The notes beneath the pieces were generated by a model. It saw only the letters and a program-made list of their open reading frames with translations. It made no database searches and was not told the origin of the DNA. This document shows positions 1-15,052 of a DNA stretch of 64,000 nucleotides, piece after piece. Both the position numbers and the translations under genes were made by a program. The DNA comes from Spizellomyces punctatus DAOM BR117 (Eukaryota): assembly GCA_000182565.2 (NCBI GenBank), contig KQ257452.1; one strand, written 5' to 3'. How positions within the stretch are numbered: position 1 is the first letter of the stretch; the number at the start of each line of letters is the position of its first letter.

Positions 1-722
1 TATACGTAGATGCAGGGCGAGCCCACCACGTTGGAGGTCATAGATGGAGACGGGAATGTACTGGGTGTAATCCTTGTTGAACACCAGAGCTCACCTCCTG
101 GCGTCGGCCGAGGGACGCCATGGCCATTGTAGTGAAAGAGGACGCGCTCCTCCTTTGTGTTGCGACGGAGGGAACAGCAGAGTTTTTTGATTTCGTCTAC
201 GGAAGGATCGAGGGAGAGTCTGTAGCGAGCACGGGGTTGCCAAACTTCATACTGAGCCTGCAAGTTTCGTCCAATGGCTTCGAGGGCTTTTCTGGGAGTC
301 TGAGAAGCAGGGTCTACCCAGCACTCTAGCCTTGCACAAGGGTTGGGTTTGACAATATCTGGAGGATCAACACTGATATTCAAGCAAAGAACGAGAGCCA
401 CCGAGACCGTTTTGAGCCGCTCTCTCATTCTCCAGTCCTCTGCGCTCTGCAGGTTGCCCACATTGTGTTGTTGCTGTTGCTGTTGTTGCTGCTGCTGCAA
501 GTGTGATACAGATGCGAGTGCGTGTTTTGTGTAATAGCCGTACATGCCCGCAGAAGAATTGGGATGCTCTGGCGGTGCTGCTGGTGGTGCTGGTGGTGGT
601 GGTGGTAGTTGTTGTGGATGATGACCATTCTCTTCCGTGTGTGAATACTTTTCGGGTGTGGAGGGAGGTGAAGGGGGCCTACTGGGAGAAAAGCCATCTC
701 CCGTTGCTGGCTGTATAGCCAT
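1..722 (-). CDS. KOG1: Raptor/KOG1 (TORC1 subunit), 5' part; gene runs off the left edge of the window
   Basis: Manual translation from ATG at 722: MAIQPATG...polyP...polyQ...DWRMRERLKTVSVALVLCLNISVDPPDIVKPNPCARLECWVDP...LQAQYEVWQPRARY...ERVLFHYNGHGVPRPT. This is the Raptor N-terminal conserved domain. It is absent from the ORF track because it has no stop in the window. Confidence 0.93.
   Translation of the reverse strand, partial: MAIQPATGDGFSPSRPPSPPSTPEKYSHTEENGHHPQQLPPPPPAPPAAPPEHPNSSAGMYGYYTKHALASVSHLQQQQQQQQQQHNVGNLQSAEDWRMRERLKTVSVALVLCLNISVDPPDIVKPNPCARLECWVDPASQTPRKALEAIGRNLQAQYEVWQPRARYRLSLDPSVDEIKKLCCSLRRNTKEERVLFHYNGHGVPRPTPGGELWCSTRITPSTFPSPSMTSNVVGSPCIYV
464..612. repeat. Trinucleotide microsatellites encoding polyQ and polyP tracts in the Raptor N-terminus
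   Basis: (TGT/TGC)n at ~464-498 and (GGT)n at ~575-612. Confidence 0.85.
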
Positions 723-1054
723 GCTTCCAAGTGTGTGGGGATGAACAATGATGATGATGATGATGAGAAAAAAAGCAAGATGTGTGATGATATGGGGGGA
801 GGATAGAGTATTTCCATATATGGATTAATGAAAAGATCATGGCCCAACACTCGTTGAATAGGCGATTTGCACTGCTATTGCACACACAAAACACTCGTAG
901 AGAATAAACACACGCAAAACACACACACATATGGACAATTGTCACTCTCAAACTGCCCATTTCACACTCTTGTTGTCTCTTCCATTTCTGCATTCAAGCA
1001 CTCTCGCATTTCCACTCCTTCACTCGCACTCATTCTACGCATTAACATTGGCAC

Positions 1055-1364
1055 NNNNNNNNNNNNNNNNNNNNNNNNNNNNNNNNNNNNNNNNNNNNNN
1101 NNNNNNNNNNNNNNNNNNNNNNNNNNNNNNNNNNNNNNNNNNNNNNNNNNNNNNNNNNNNNNNNNNNNNNNNNNNNNNNNNNNNNNNNNNNNNNNNNNNN
1201 NNNNNNNNNNNNNNNNNNNNNNNNNNNNNNNNNNNNNNNNNNNNNNNNNNNNNNNNNNNNNNNNNNNNNNNNNNNNNNNNNNNNNNNNNNNNNNNNNNNN
1301 NNNNNNNNNNNNNNNNNNNNNNNNNNNNNNNNNNNNNNNNNNNNNNNNNNNNNNNNNNNNNNNN
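1055..1364. other. Assembly gap (310 N)
   Basis: Run of N. Confidence 1.
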
Positions 1365-1571
1365 TCCGGGTTCGGGTTAGCGCTCGGGTTTAGGTTCGGG
1401 TTCGGGTCAGATTTACGGATCTTTTGATCATGCCAGCGTGGCACTCGTGTGCCTTCAGTTTACCGCATCTACCGGTACACTCGGGTTTAAGGCCGACTAT
1501 CTGGACAGCTAGGATATGCAGAACATTTATATTTTCTCAGCATCTCATCTCATACTTTTCTTGTTACCCAG

Positions 1572-1850
1572 GCAAACCTCTCGGACGACAGGGCATGGTT
1601 GAAAAGCGGCCTGCACGAGGCGGCCGTGGCGGTGGCATGCGCGGAGGTGCTCGTGGCGGTCGTGGAGGCTTTGGTGGAGGCCGTGGAAGCTTTGGTGGAG
1701 GCCGTGGAAGCTTTGGTGGAGGACGAGGTGCCCCACGAGGTGCATCAAGAGGAGGTCGTGGTCGTGGAAGAGGTGAGGCAAAATGGTTCGTGTTATTCAT
1801 GAAGAAAAAGGAAGCTAATGCTGATATACTTTTGTTTTGCTAGGATTCTA
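1572..1850 (+). CDS. RGG/GAR-box low-complexity protein (short gene, or terminal exons of a gene broken by the gap)
   Basis: MVEKRPARGGRGGGMRGGARGGRGGFGGGRGSFGGGRGSFGGGRG...RGRGR, then an intron (gtgagg...gctaat...tag) giving GF-stop; a 21-nt unit is repeated three times. Confidence 0.55.
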
Positions 1851-2186
1851 ATGGGTTGTGCGTGCGGCTTTTGTTGTTTTCTTTTTTTATTTTGTGTATA
1901 CTGCGTTTCTGTCGACATGATAAATACACTTTTGGCTGCCTCAGCCATCATTAGACTTGTTCCATTTAAGATGCACGCAGGGTGTCAGGCGCCACCTTAA
2001 CAAATGCGCACAGGCATCTAGACTCATCATGATGCATTGAGCACTGGCCACGTCGAATACCCACCAATTCAAGCAAAATATTGGTCAAAATCTCAGTTCT
2101 ATATTGTATTAAAACTATATCATGCCAAACACACACCATGGTCACATGCGTAAAAAGTGTTTTGTTAAATGCAGTTCCCTTACTCA

Positions 2187-3589
2187 TCACCACCCGGTAC
2201 TCCGACTCCAATCAATCACAACCCACCCCCCAGTCCGCTCCGAAACCTCCACAGAAGGATCCACAGCCTGCGCCTTTGTAAACGCCATAACATACGTAGC
2301 ACTCTCAATAGCATTCTCATTCCCCACAACCAATTTCCCCTTGACGTTGCGAAACATTAGAATTTCATCGGTTTGGAATGTGACGAGTATGACGGGGACT
2401 TCGTCTTCGAGGAGAGTGAGTTTACGGATATCTACTCGTCGGAGGTCCAGGAGTTTGCAGTCGGATACGAGACCTTGGGATTTTTGGGATTCGAAACCGG
2501 CCGCAAGTCGTGCATAAGCCTATGCCAAGGTTTCATTAAAAGAACCAAAACCAAAATATAATAACAAAGACGAAAAAAACTCACCCTTTCACTACACCAC
2601 TCACGCAAAATAGCCGCCTCCCCTTTTAAATACGCCTCAACAATCTCTGGGATATAATACATGGTAGCCTCCTTTAAAAACCTCTCTGTCCGAAACCCAG
2701 GATCAACAGCCTTAAGCGCGCGAACAACCTGAGCCGTCTCAGTTTCCTCAAAAGCAGCCGCATGGAAAAAATCTCGTACACGTTCCACGACGGGATGATC
2801 AGATTCATCAAACCCTCGCTTCACAGCAAACAATTTCTGCGCAATAGGTGAATCCTCTTTAAATTTCCGCCACGATGCCGCCAATTTGGAGGTTCGATGA
2901 AGTTCTATATTACTCCCTGCGTCTGGATCCGAAACGACTTTTCGATGCGGGTTGGGGACACCCGGAATCCCCAACGGAGCAGCTTGACCCTCAACATTCT
3001 CTGCTCGCGTCCGTTCACGAACCTCTCTAGGCACATACTCATGAAAATACGCAGAATCCCCACTCCCAATCACATCCTTATGCACAACTTTCAACCCCTT
3101 GCCAACGACTTTGGCTGCTTGGGTATCCAAAACGGGTTTAGCGACCTTGGAGGATACTTCTGCGACTTTTTCACCCGCTCCCACAATGGCTTGTCCAGTC
3201 TTTTTCACAACCGGGTTCTCTAATACCCCATCTACAACGTCCCCGACTTTTTCAATGACTTTGCTTGTTGATTCTGATGTAGTCTTCATGGCTTCTTTTG
3301 CCCTCTGTACCGCGTCGCTCTCGGCAAGTTCCTTTGTCGACGCTGACAACTGCTGCACATTTTGTTGTAATTCCCGATTCTCTTTAACTTGTCGTTGAAC
3401 GGATTTGTAGAATTCGGTGAAAAAGTTCTGGGATATGGGTGTCGTGTGGAGTGAGCGGATATGCGGACGAGGGGTTTGGGTCTTTTTAAGGCGTTAGTTT
3501 GGAATATGGAATTTGTAGATCACTTTGAAAAAGAAAAAACTTACCCTTATGAGCCCTGCAACCCGCCGACAAAGGAGACTCGAAACCAT
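2187..3589 (-). CDS. TIM44: Mitochondrial import inner membrane translocase subunit Tim44 (3 exons)
   Basis: Presequence MVSSLLCRRVAGLIR; N-terminal KENRELQQNVQQL; Tim44 domain ETETAQVVRALKAVDPGF...IPEIVEAYLKGEAAILREWCSE|AYARL...PVILVTFQT...GGWVVIDW. Confidence 0.92.
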
Positions 3590-3821
3590 GCTTTAAGCAA
3601 CTCGCAAGTGAGACAAGTAGTTTTCTTGTCCAAGAATAATAATAAAAACACTGGAAACCAAACAGCACTTGGAAAAAAAAAAGGTCTGTAGGAAATGCGA
3701 ACCTAGTGTTCAGGAAACTGCTCCGATCGCCCAGTTCCGTTGTTGCCAGGCAATCATCACGTGCCATGTGAGTCCACTGTCATTTCGGCCGAGAGCAAAA
3801 AGTTGAAGAAGGAGGAGGGAG

Positions 3822-3895
3822 TGGTCTCGTCCAGGTTCGAACTGGAGACCTTCAGTGTGTTAGACTGATGTGATAACCAACTACACCACGAGACC
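3822..3895 (-). tRNA. tRNA-Val(AAC)
   Basis: GGTCTCG acceptor stem pairs with CGAGACC; anticodon arm TCAGT-CTAACAC-ACTGA; T loop GTTCGAA; downstream T-run. Confidence 0.97.
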
Positions 3896-4137
3896 ATATG
3901 AATATCATCAGATGATGACTTTTGATATCAGTTTAGCAACACCAAGGAGAACTGTTCATCTGCCAACAGACCTACGCACCAATGAGTCCAAAATGAAAAC
4001 AGAAATATGCAGCAAAACCAGATACCATCGCAAAAAGAATGTCGAGTGCCAGCACCAATCTATTATTTGTTTCGTTTTTTAATAAAGAAAAAGTAGACCC
4101 TATCCAAAAAAAAAAAAAAATCCCAATATGCCGCCTG

Positions 4138-5275
4138 CTACCCTCTTCTTGCCTCCCCCCTCAACATCTCCACTTCCCTCTGTAGTGCATCCCGTTCTTG
4201 CACGATAGCGTCCCGGTCCCGTGCAACCTTTTCCAACGATTCAATATAATCTACGGCTGTAAAGCAAACACAACACATCAGATTGCAAATTCACCTACAC
4301 AACATGAGGATGCACCACGAAATTACCTTTACTCAACACCTCCCATTTGGACGCTTTACTCCCTCGAAACATATCTCCAGGCAACGCATCCTTCAACTCA
4401 TCAAAAAGCTCCTTCATCTCACTCCGGCGCTTGCGTTCCGCCAATTTATGCACCACTCTCAATTGTGGTGAGCGAGAGTATGGGTGGAGGGCATTTGTTT
4501 GGATATGATGATGCACGGAGGCCCGGCGAGGCATCTGTGGGACGGGGGATGTAGACGGGGAGGAAAGCATCGAATCGACTGAAAGACGCCGGGGCGGATC
4601 AGTATGTACGGCGAGAGAGGGTTGCGGGGATCCGTATTCTTCTTCAGTGATTTTGGGTAACGATGGAGGAGGGGGTGGAATTTGTCCCGACATGGGTACA
4701 TACGCATCTGTTGAACTGGGTGAAAGTGGCTGTAATCTCCCCCGACTTGATATCTTGTGCAAATGGGGTTCGGTAATGGATTGCCGGCGTCCGTCTCTAC
4801 CGTGATGAACAGACAACATCGAGTCGGGAGATGGTCGATCGGAACGGTTCATTGTTGCATACATGAGGGGATCCGAAAATGAGTGCCTGCGATCTGGACC
4901 AAAAAAAAAAAAACATACACATGAACCGGTTAGCCCACAAACCTAAAAATATATATATATATATATAGATATTAAATACTCACCCTCCGTCCCTCCCTCC
5001 ATTCCAAATCCCAAAACCGGCAACTGAACACTCCCCCTTCTCTCCCGCTCCAAAACCCTCAAAGGCGGTAAATCCAACATGGACTTTTCCACCTCCGTTT
5101 CGCCAAACTGGATATGAGCCCGGTACGGTGGGGACGGATAATCCTTTCTTGTTGGACTGTTGTTTGTGTTGGGAAGAGATAGTCTTGTCGGACGGTTGAT
5201 ATGGGTGGGTACGAGTACCCGTGGCATGGAGGAGGAATGATCAAGTGGTGTCAAATGTCCGTTGGAGAGTGTCAT
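4138..5275 (-). CDS. bHLH(-zipper) transcription factor (3 exons)
   Basis: [28 protein letters not shown]...[20 protein letters not shown]...LQREVEMLR-stop; TATA-like element near 5402-5414. Confidence 0.9.
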
Positions 5276-6107
5276 CTACCAACGCCCAAATAATGGAACG
5301 AATAAGAAACTCAAAATAAAGCGAGTATGTGGTTGGTGAAAGTGTGATGGAGTGATGGAGCAAGGAAAAGCGAATCGGGGCGACGGACAGGCACCCCTTC
5401 TCTATATATTTATACAAAAAAAAACGGGAACACATCTACAGCACACACACACACGAACACATCTATCCAAAAGCTGTAAACGATAAGTTGCCAGCCAAGA
5501 AAACAACCAGCCCCCTCCAAAAAATCAAAACGCTTATGGCCCAGCAAAGAAAAAAAAACACACCCATCTCTTTTTCCTTCCATTTCCCCCCCTTTTCAGC
5601 CATCCATCGTCTCACCAGTCCCGCTGTTCAATTTGTTTCTTGTTCCGCCCTTTACCCTTCCATACTTTAGACAGCCCTTGCCCAAAATCCGCTTATGAAC
5701 ACATGCAAAAAAACGATCGGGCTTTTTGTTGTGTGTTCGTGGAACATTGCTATTTGAAGGGAGTTTATTCGCCCACGCGACAACAAAGTGTGCTTAAACA
5801 CACGGAACACTCGAAGGATCTGCACACACGGGAAGGAAGCAAGACACGAGGGCTTTTGCGGGCGGACGTAATTTAACGCGATTGGGAATCCCCCCCTCCT
5901 TTAACCGCCTGCTATTGCCCAAATCAGATGAATTAGAGTTCAATCATTTAAACAAACAAAATGAGACATTTGCCCAGCTACTCAAAAAGACAAAAAAATT
6001 GGTGGGGGGGAAAATGTTTGCAACTTGCTTATAATGTTACATGTGGTTGCCATATTTCTTAGAAAACTACATCGTGCATGTGTGTGTCCTTGTTCTACTA
6101 TCTAACT

Positions 6108-7807
6108 TTACGCTTTGGGTAGTTGCACAGTGTGGGTGCCATCTGCCTCTTTGACTTGACCTACAACCTTGCTCTTTCCAAGTTCACCTTTGAGCACTGG
6201 AGGGATCTCAAGATCCGCGGGAAGGAGTGTACTGGCGCCCTGCCGCCCCAACTGCTGCAAAAGCGCACTATAAAAAGGGGGAAAGAAAAAAAGGGTAAAT
6301 TAATCACCTATAACCCATAGTAGCGAGAAAGCAAAAATGTGGAACAACAAGCCATCGGACATGCCACGTACTCCATAATGACCAGTGCTGACATGGCTTC
6401 CACGATAGGAACAGCGCGTGGTAGAACACAAGGGTCGTGTCGTCCCTTTGCGGCTAACGTGCCGCTCACGCCATCGTACGTCGCAGTCGCCTGGGCTTGG
6501 CCAATCGTTGCTGGAGGTTTAAAGGCGATTTTAAAGTAAATATTTTCACCGTTCGATATACCTCCCTAAAAAAGCTATTAATTACGGGTAGCTGAGAGCC
6601 CACTTTGCGGATGTGACACCTCACCTGCACACCCCCAGAAAAGTTTGTTTTTGTGCCTAGCTTCCCACCACGTAGAACAAATGGGTCGTTATGTACATGG
6701 CCGGGAATATCCGTCCCGGCAAAGCCACTGCCAATCTCGAATCCTTTTGTAGCTGGAATCGACATCATGGCGTGTGCAAGTTTTGCTTCCAACTTATCAA
6801 AGCAGGGCTCTCCAAGACCAGCAGGCACATTTCGGATAACGCAAACAATGGATCCACCAATAGAATCATTTGCTTCCTTGGCTGCAATGATGCGCTATGT
6901 AAAACCGTCAGTTCCGAAGCAGCCGTAAATAGACCGATAATGCAACATTTTGAAGCTTACCTCTCGCATCCGCTGCGAAATCTCTGCATCTGGACATCGC
7001 ACTTCGTTGGCGTCCACCTGCTCCCGTGAGATCGTCTTCAACGTTCCCCACCATTTTTCCCAACGCGCCAACCATTCGGCTTCCTCCTCGGGTTTCCCAT
7101 ACCCTGACATTGGTTCCATAGTTACATGGCCAATAGAAGCCACAAAAGCCACAATCTCTACATTGTGGGTGAGCTTGAGGAACTTTTCTGCGACACCGGC
7201 GGCAGCGACACGACCTGATTATGACTAGGATGAGCATAGATCGCGTCCATAACCATTGCTACAAGTAGACTACACACCAATGGTTTCTCGTGCACTTGAA
7301 CGTCCTCCACCACTACTTGCTTTTATTCCGTATTTTGCAAGGTAGGTAAAGTCGGCGTGTGAAGGACGAGGATAATAGTCCATTTCCCCGTAATCATGGG
7401 GCCGCTGATCTTGATTTGGCACCGTCATGGCAATGGGTGTACCAAGGGTGAACCCCTTCTCAGTACCCGAGAGAATTGACACCCGGTCTTTTTCGTCGCG
7501 CTGTAGTAAAAACGCATGAGCGTTGCCATCCTCTATCGCAGAGTGCGGTCTCTTGCCCAAAAAAACTAACTGGAGTCGTCAAATTGCTTTGACCAGGCCT
7601 TCTTCTACTCAGTTGTGGTTGTACGTCATCTTCCGTTAATGGCATTCCTGGTGGAACGCCGTCTACAATTACCCCCACGGCCTTGCAATGCGACTCGCCA
7701 AAGGTGGTCACTCGAAAATTGCTGTGGGTGGGATCAGGTAGATCAGCATGATGCATTCAATAGTTTAAGAACAATAAAAATCCAGTCTACCTTCCAAAAC
7801 TACTCAT
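6108..7807 (-). CDS. ARO2: Chorismate synthase
   Basis: [99 protein letters not shown]. Confidence 0.97.
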
Positions 7808-7979
7808 AATGGCGATAGGACTGATTTATCGAATTGGTAGGTATGCGAATACGTTCAAATCCCCAAGAAGCTCCCACAATTCTCGTCGTGGTCTCGTCCA
7901 TCAAAATCATCGAACGAATTGCCAAATGTAGATGAGATTAGTGAGTCCAGCCGGATAACTAGCCAATAAACCAATTTGA

Positions 7980-10841
<2,862 letters not shown>

Positions 10842-10998
10842 TTGATTTGTAGAACAGGTGGATAGAAGATGGGACGTGAGTTCATCCAAACGTTCATGTA
10901 TATATAGCATTTGTTGTGACATGTTTCCACATTTTGGACAATATTTAAAAAAACAGTTTTTTGCATCATGCTTCTAAAATGCTCTTCATGCTATAAAT

Positions 10999-11847
10999 CT
11001 AGACTACTTCCCGCTCATTCCTCATCATAATCGAAATACGCCGACCTCTGGGAATCGTGTTCCCTCTGAACTTTCTCAAAGCCGGATCATCAGGTATTTC
11101 ATGCGTGTAATCAAACCGGAGTGCATCTCGTTGGATGTAGAGGCTTCCTGGTTCGACGAGGGCGCTAAAAGATTGCGTTGGGTCTTTGACCTGCCGAAAT
11201 ATTATAACGGCTGATGAAAGAAGGGAAAGACCCGTTATAATCGTCCCCGATGCCTGATAAAAAGTTACATGTTACCAAACTACAGAGAAAAATAGTTAAT
11301 TTTCATCATCTTGAATTTTACATACCTGCACATTATCAACATGACCTCTAATCTCCCCTCCTTCCCCCAAATCCAAAATATGAGGATCCAACCATTTTCC
11401 TACCCGACCACCATCCGCTTCCACCACTTCCTCCACAACCTTTTTAATTTCATCCACAATACCCACAATTTCGGGTTCATCCCCTCCACTTCGAGACCAA
11501 GCTCCTACAGAGCATTCACGATATTTCTCAATCACACCATCAAAATGGCCTTTCCAGTACTCCCGACCGCATAGCCGCCGTAGCTTTTTGTCGGCAGATT
11601 TGGTAATGAGGGCTTGTTGGGCTGGTGAGAGGAAATTTGGAATAATTGTGAGGGAACTCGGAGGTGGTAGGTTTGATGTGTGATTGCTGAGGTCGAGAAG
11701 TGGATTGGAAGGGTGAAGTTGGCCTAAATTCCTTTTAGGAGATGGAGTGGTGACATGTGATCTCTTGCAAGCGCGGGTGGCTTGTAGGGATAAGAAAGGG
11801 AATGTTCGCAGTCGTCCTACCATGTGGCTGCAAGACATACTACCCAT
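10999..11847 (-). CDS. ALKBH7: AlkB-family dioxygenase ALKBH7-like (2 exons)
   Basis: YWKGHFDGVIEKYRE; HILDL...IRGHVDN (HxD); GSLYIQRDALRFDYTHEI; IPRGRRISIMMR. Confidence 0.88.
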
Positions 11848-12010
11848 GTATCAACATAAAACTAGTTAGTCACAGCAGTGCATTCAGCTACTTGCGTAAG
11901 GGTAGATCACCGACGAGAACCAAGGAAGTATCAATAAACAGCTTAGGTAATGAATCCGATCTAACCTGGAACGGCAGGTAGTGTTCGCAAGTCCTTTGTA
12001 TTAATTGACC

Positions 12011-13874
12011 TTACACAATGGTGTTGATATAAAACAATACAACTGGAGAATAATCCTTGTCCCCAAGCAGCAGCTGCAGATGTTCCTCAATCTGCTGGTC
12101 ATCAGCCGACGACCCTGTCGATCCTGCACCACCCAATCGCGCAAAGTGTCGGTTGACGGCATCTTTCAACTTTTGCTCCTGTTTTGGTTTTGCCTTGTAA
12201 TCATAAAAGTAGGTTAGCATCAACAAATACATGTAAATTGGTGGTATCCTCACCTTAAGGAGCATTGGTTGGAATTTGGGTGGAAGGCCGTATCGAAGAA
12301 TTGACTCCACGAACACGCGCAATGCTTTTATGTGAATGTAGCACGAGTAGACTTCTCCAAAGTTTGTCTTACACAATCTCAGTAAGGTCGTCTGTATGAA
12401 AGATTCTTTAATAAAAATATCGCGAGTATGCAAGAAGAGAACATCTGATAGACGCACCCATTGTTCGCGTTCCGTTGCCCCCATCTCTGCCAATTGTTTC
12501 TTCTCAGCCGCCATGGCTTGAGCATCCCATTTGAAATCTCGAACATGAAACCTATGGCAATCATTGAAGGTATTGAATTTAGTGCGGCCTTTTTGAGTCG
12601 CTTGCCATAACAAAGTACCCACTTGAATTCCCGCGCTTTATTCGTAAATTCATCGACAACTCGTTGGAACAAGGATACTGTGAACAATGCATATTCATCA
12701 TCCTCAGCTATTTTTCTGTGCAAAACATTTTAGGATCCCTGCCCTGAAAGTCCATTCAGGTGCCTGCTGAAGCGGAGCCAGATGCTTACTGGGAAGACCG
12801 TGGAACAACCATCTGCGTTATGGTTTCATACTTATTGATCCAATCACTTATCAGCGATCTATCCACAAAAATACTTCGTTAGACAGAATATCTTTCACAG
12901 ATTTCATCGTAGTACTTACTTTGGTACAGCCACAATCAAAGTCGTCAGATACTCTGAATCAAGAATTAGTTGATCCTTTTTCACAATGTCATTAAGACTT
13001 CGCACGGCCAGGTTTCCTCTAAACGACACGTGGGCATCAGAAAACGAATTTGAATCTAAGACTCAGATTCCCGCAAACTAACGTTTGCTTCCTCTGAATT
13101 CCTTGTAGGGCGGACTTCACGGTTGTGTATGCTGTCATCTTGGTTTTCATCAAAGTATCAATTTGATTCACTTCCTACATGTGTTAAGAAATTGTCAGTC
13201 CACGGATGTGATCCAGATTAGTGCAGGGTCCAGACATTGGGCCTGTACCTGGAGTATCATATCTGTCAGCTCCCGTAGGGATTTGTCTGTACGGTACTTC
13301 ATACTGTTCCATTGATAGCCCCGCAAAAAAGCATCAATGCTTTCTGATTTCCGTTAGCACATTCCCACCTGCGGGAGATTTGAATTTCGCAAAACTCACT
13401 TTCATTGACGGACAAGTTGCTCTTCCACTGCTCCACGTCGTTGTTCAGAAGATTCCTCATATTGTCCGCAATTTTCGTTGCAATGCCTTCCACAGTAGTG
13501 TCCGCTTTTGACAGGTCATCCGACAACACTACGAGAGAGTCCAAGGTGCCAACCTGAAACCAATTCCAGTCCGTTATTAAGCACGCGGTCAAGAGTCCCT
13601 TTCTATGCAACCACCCGTTGAAGATCCCCCGTATATTGCTACTACATACAACCCAAGTGTATCCGCCTTTCTTCTATTGAGTAGGTCCTCTTCAGGTTCG
13701 TTCCGAGACCGCCGACCAACCTACCTTAAACTCCGGTAGGGCAAATGGAAATAGCTCTGCGTGGTCATTGTGCTTTGAGGCAACCTTATCCCTCAGCTTA
13801 TTGATAGTGTCTTGCTTCGTTGGGTCATCAGGAGCGGATATGAAGACATAGGGTGACAATGCTTGGTGAGACAT
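12011..13874 (-). CDS. VMA5: V-type ATPase V1 subunit C
   Basis: [65 protein letters not shown]. Confidence 0.96.
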
Positions 13875-14161
13875 TTGCGGTGATGGCGGACGATGACCCA
13901 AACGTTGCTCGCGTTGGAAAGGGCGCCATTCCCGTCGGTGATGCATTACAATGTGGATTCCAATGACCTTTGAATGTGCTTACGAAACGCGTGAGTCTCA
14001 ATACACTCTCCCAATTCCCTTCGAGCGTATCTATGTTATTTTTTCCAAGGGTAATAGTCTCTAACGGCTAACTGGTCCAACATGTAACAGCTCCAAACCA
14101 CTAATACCACTACAAAAAGTATAAAACAAACTTGTACAAGCATGACCTGTCAATCAGAGGT

Positions 14162-14812
14162 CTATGGAAGTGTTCCACCCTCTTTGAGGATCACCCGCTT
14201 CCTCCAAAACATGGCCACTTCTTTGACCCGCTTGCATGCTCCGCCAAATTCCTTGTCAGATACCGAGAGATCGAGCGGCAGATTAGTTGAGGTAGATGAG
14301 GACGCATGCCGGTGGGCTGCGTCTGATGCCAGTTGAAGGCAGGTAACAAAGAGGAAGGGAAGAGGACGTCGCCATGCTGACCGAGAGCGGGATCGACGGA
14401 GACGGGAGAGGTAAATGAGGGCGATAACGAGTTGAGGGAGAGTCGCTCGTGTTGAGATGAGAAGATGTTTTATAGCTTTGATTCCAATAGCATCCGCACG
14501 ACTCTTTCGTGAGGCTTCCTTTTCATCTCGTAAATTCCTTGTTGCTGATTTCCCGGAGGCGCCTGCAGCCAGCCGCACCAACATCCATATAAGACCTGCT
14601 AGTTTGGGCAAAGGTGCAGGCTGACCCCGAATTCCAGAATCTAGAGATGGTAGGAAGTTTCGTCGATCTCTTTCGCTACCCCTATTCAGAGCGCTATGGT
14701 GCATGGTTGGAGCTCTGGCGGTGTTGCTAGCGTCGGTCCTGTCCAAACTCAACCGAGCTGTTCCTTCTTGACACTCGGCAATGAGCAAGTCCAGCTTGTG
14801 CGTATTTGACAT
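14162..14812 (-). CDS. Hypothetical protein with partial Pho80/PCL-type cyclin-box resemblance
   Basis: 216-aa single ORF. IKHLLISTRATLPQLVIALIYLSRL...LFVTCLQLAS resembles cyclin-box helices 2-3. Confidence 0.45.
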   Translation of the reverse strand: MSNTHKLDLLIAECQEGTARLSLDRTDASNTARAPTMHHSALNRGSERDRRNFLPSLDSGIRGQPAPLPKLAGLIWMLVRLAAGASGKSATRNLRDEKEASRKSRADAIGIKAIKHLLISTRATLPQLVIALIYLSRLRRSRSRSAWRRPLPFLFVTCLQLASDAAHRHASSSTSTNLPLDLSVSDKEFGGACKRVKEVAMFWRKRVILKEGGTLP

Positions 14813-15052
14813 TCTCCTGCTCTGTTGTGGATTGAAAGCACCGAAAAAGAAGGAAACTGCATTGCCTGGGCTTCTTATCAGTAAAAAAAGTGTTCAAGTA
14901 AAGCTGGGTGGGCCTTTCAAAAAAGTTCAAGTCTTGGCAGAGGGAAATAGGTCATTAAATGGTGATATTGCAATGTAACCTAATTTGGGTATTAATTTGG
15001 GGAGGTCTTGAGACTCAACCAGCACGTCGAAACACGCAGATGAACAAGTTCC

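Noticed and set aside
120-993. Short ORF-track entries with poly-C/V/H tracts
   Set aside because: They are off-frame or antisense shadows of the Raptor microsatellite region.
867-1444. ORFs spanning the N gap
   Set aside because: Artefacts of translating Ns.
3742-3754. RFX X-box-like GTTGCCAGGCAAT (and CCATGGCAAC near 47072)
   Set aside because: Imperfect matches that are not upstream of the ciliary genes; insufficient support.
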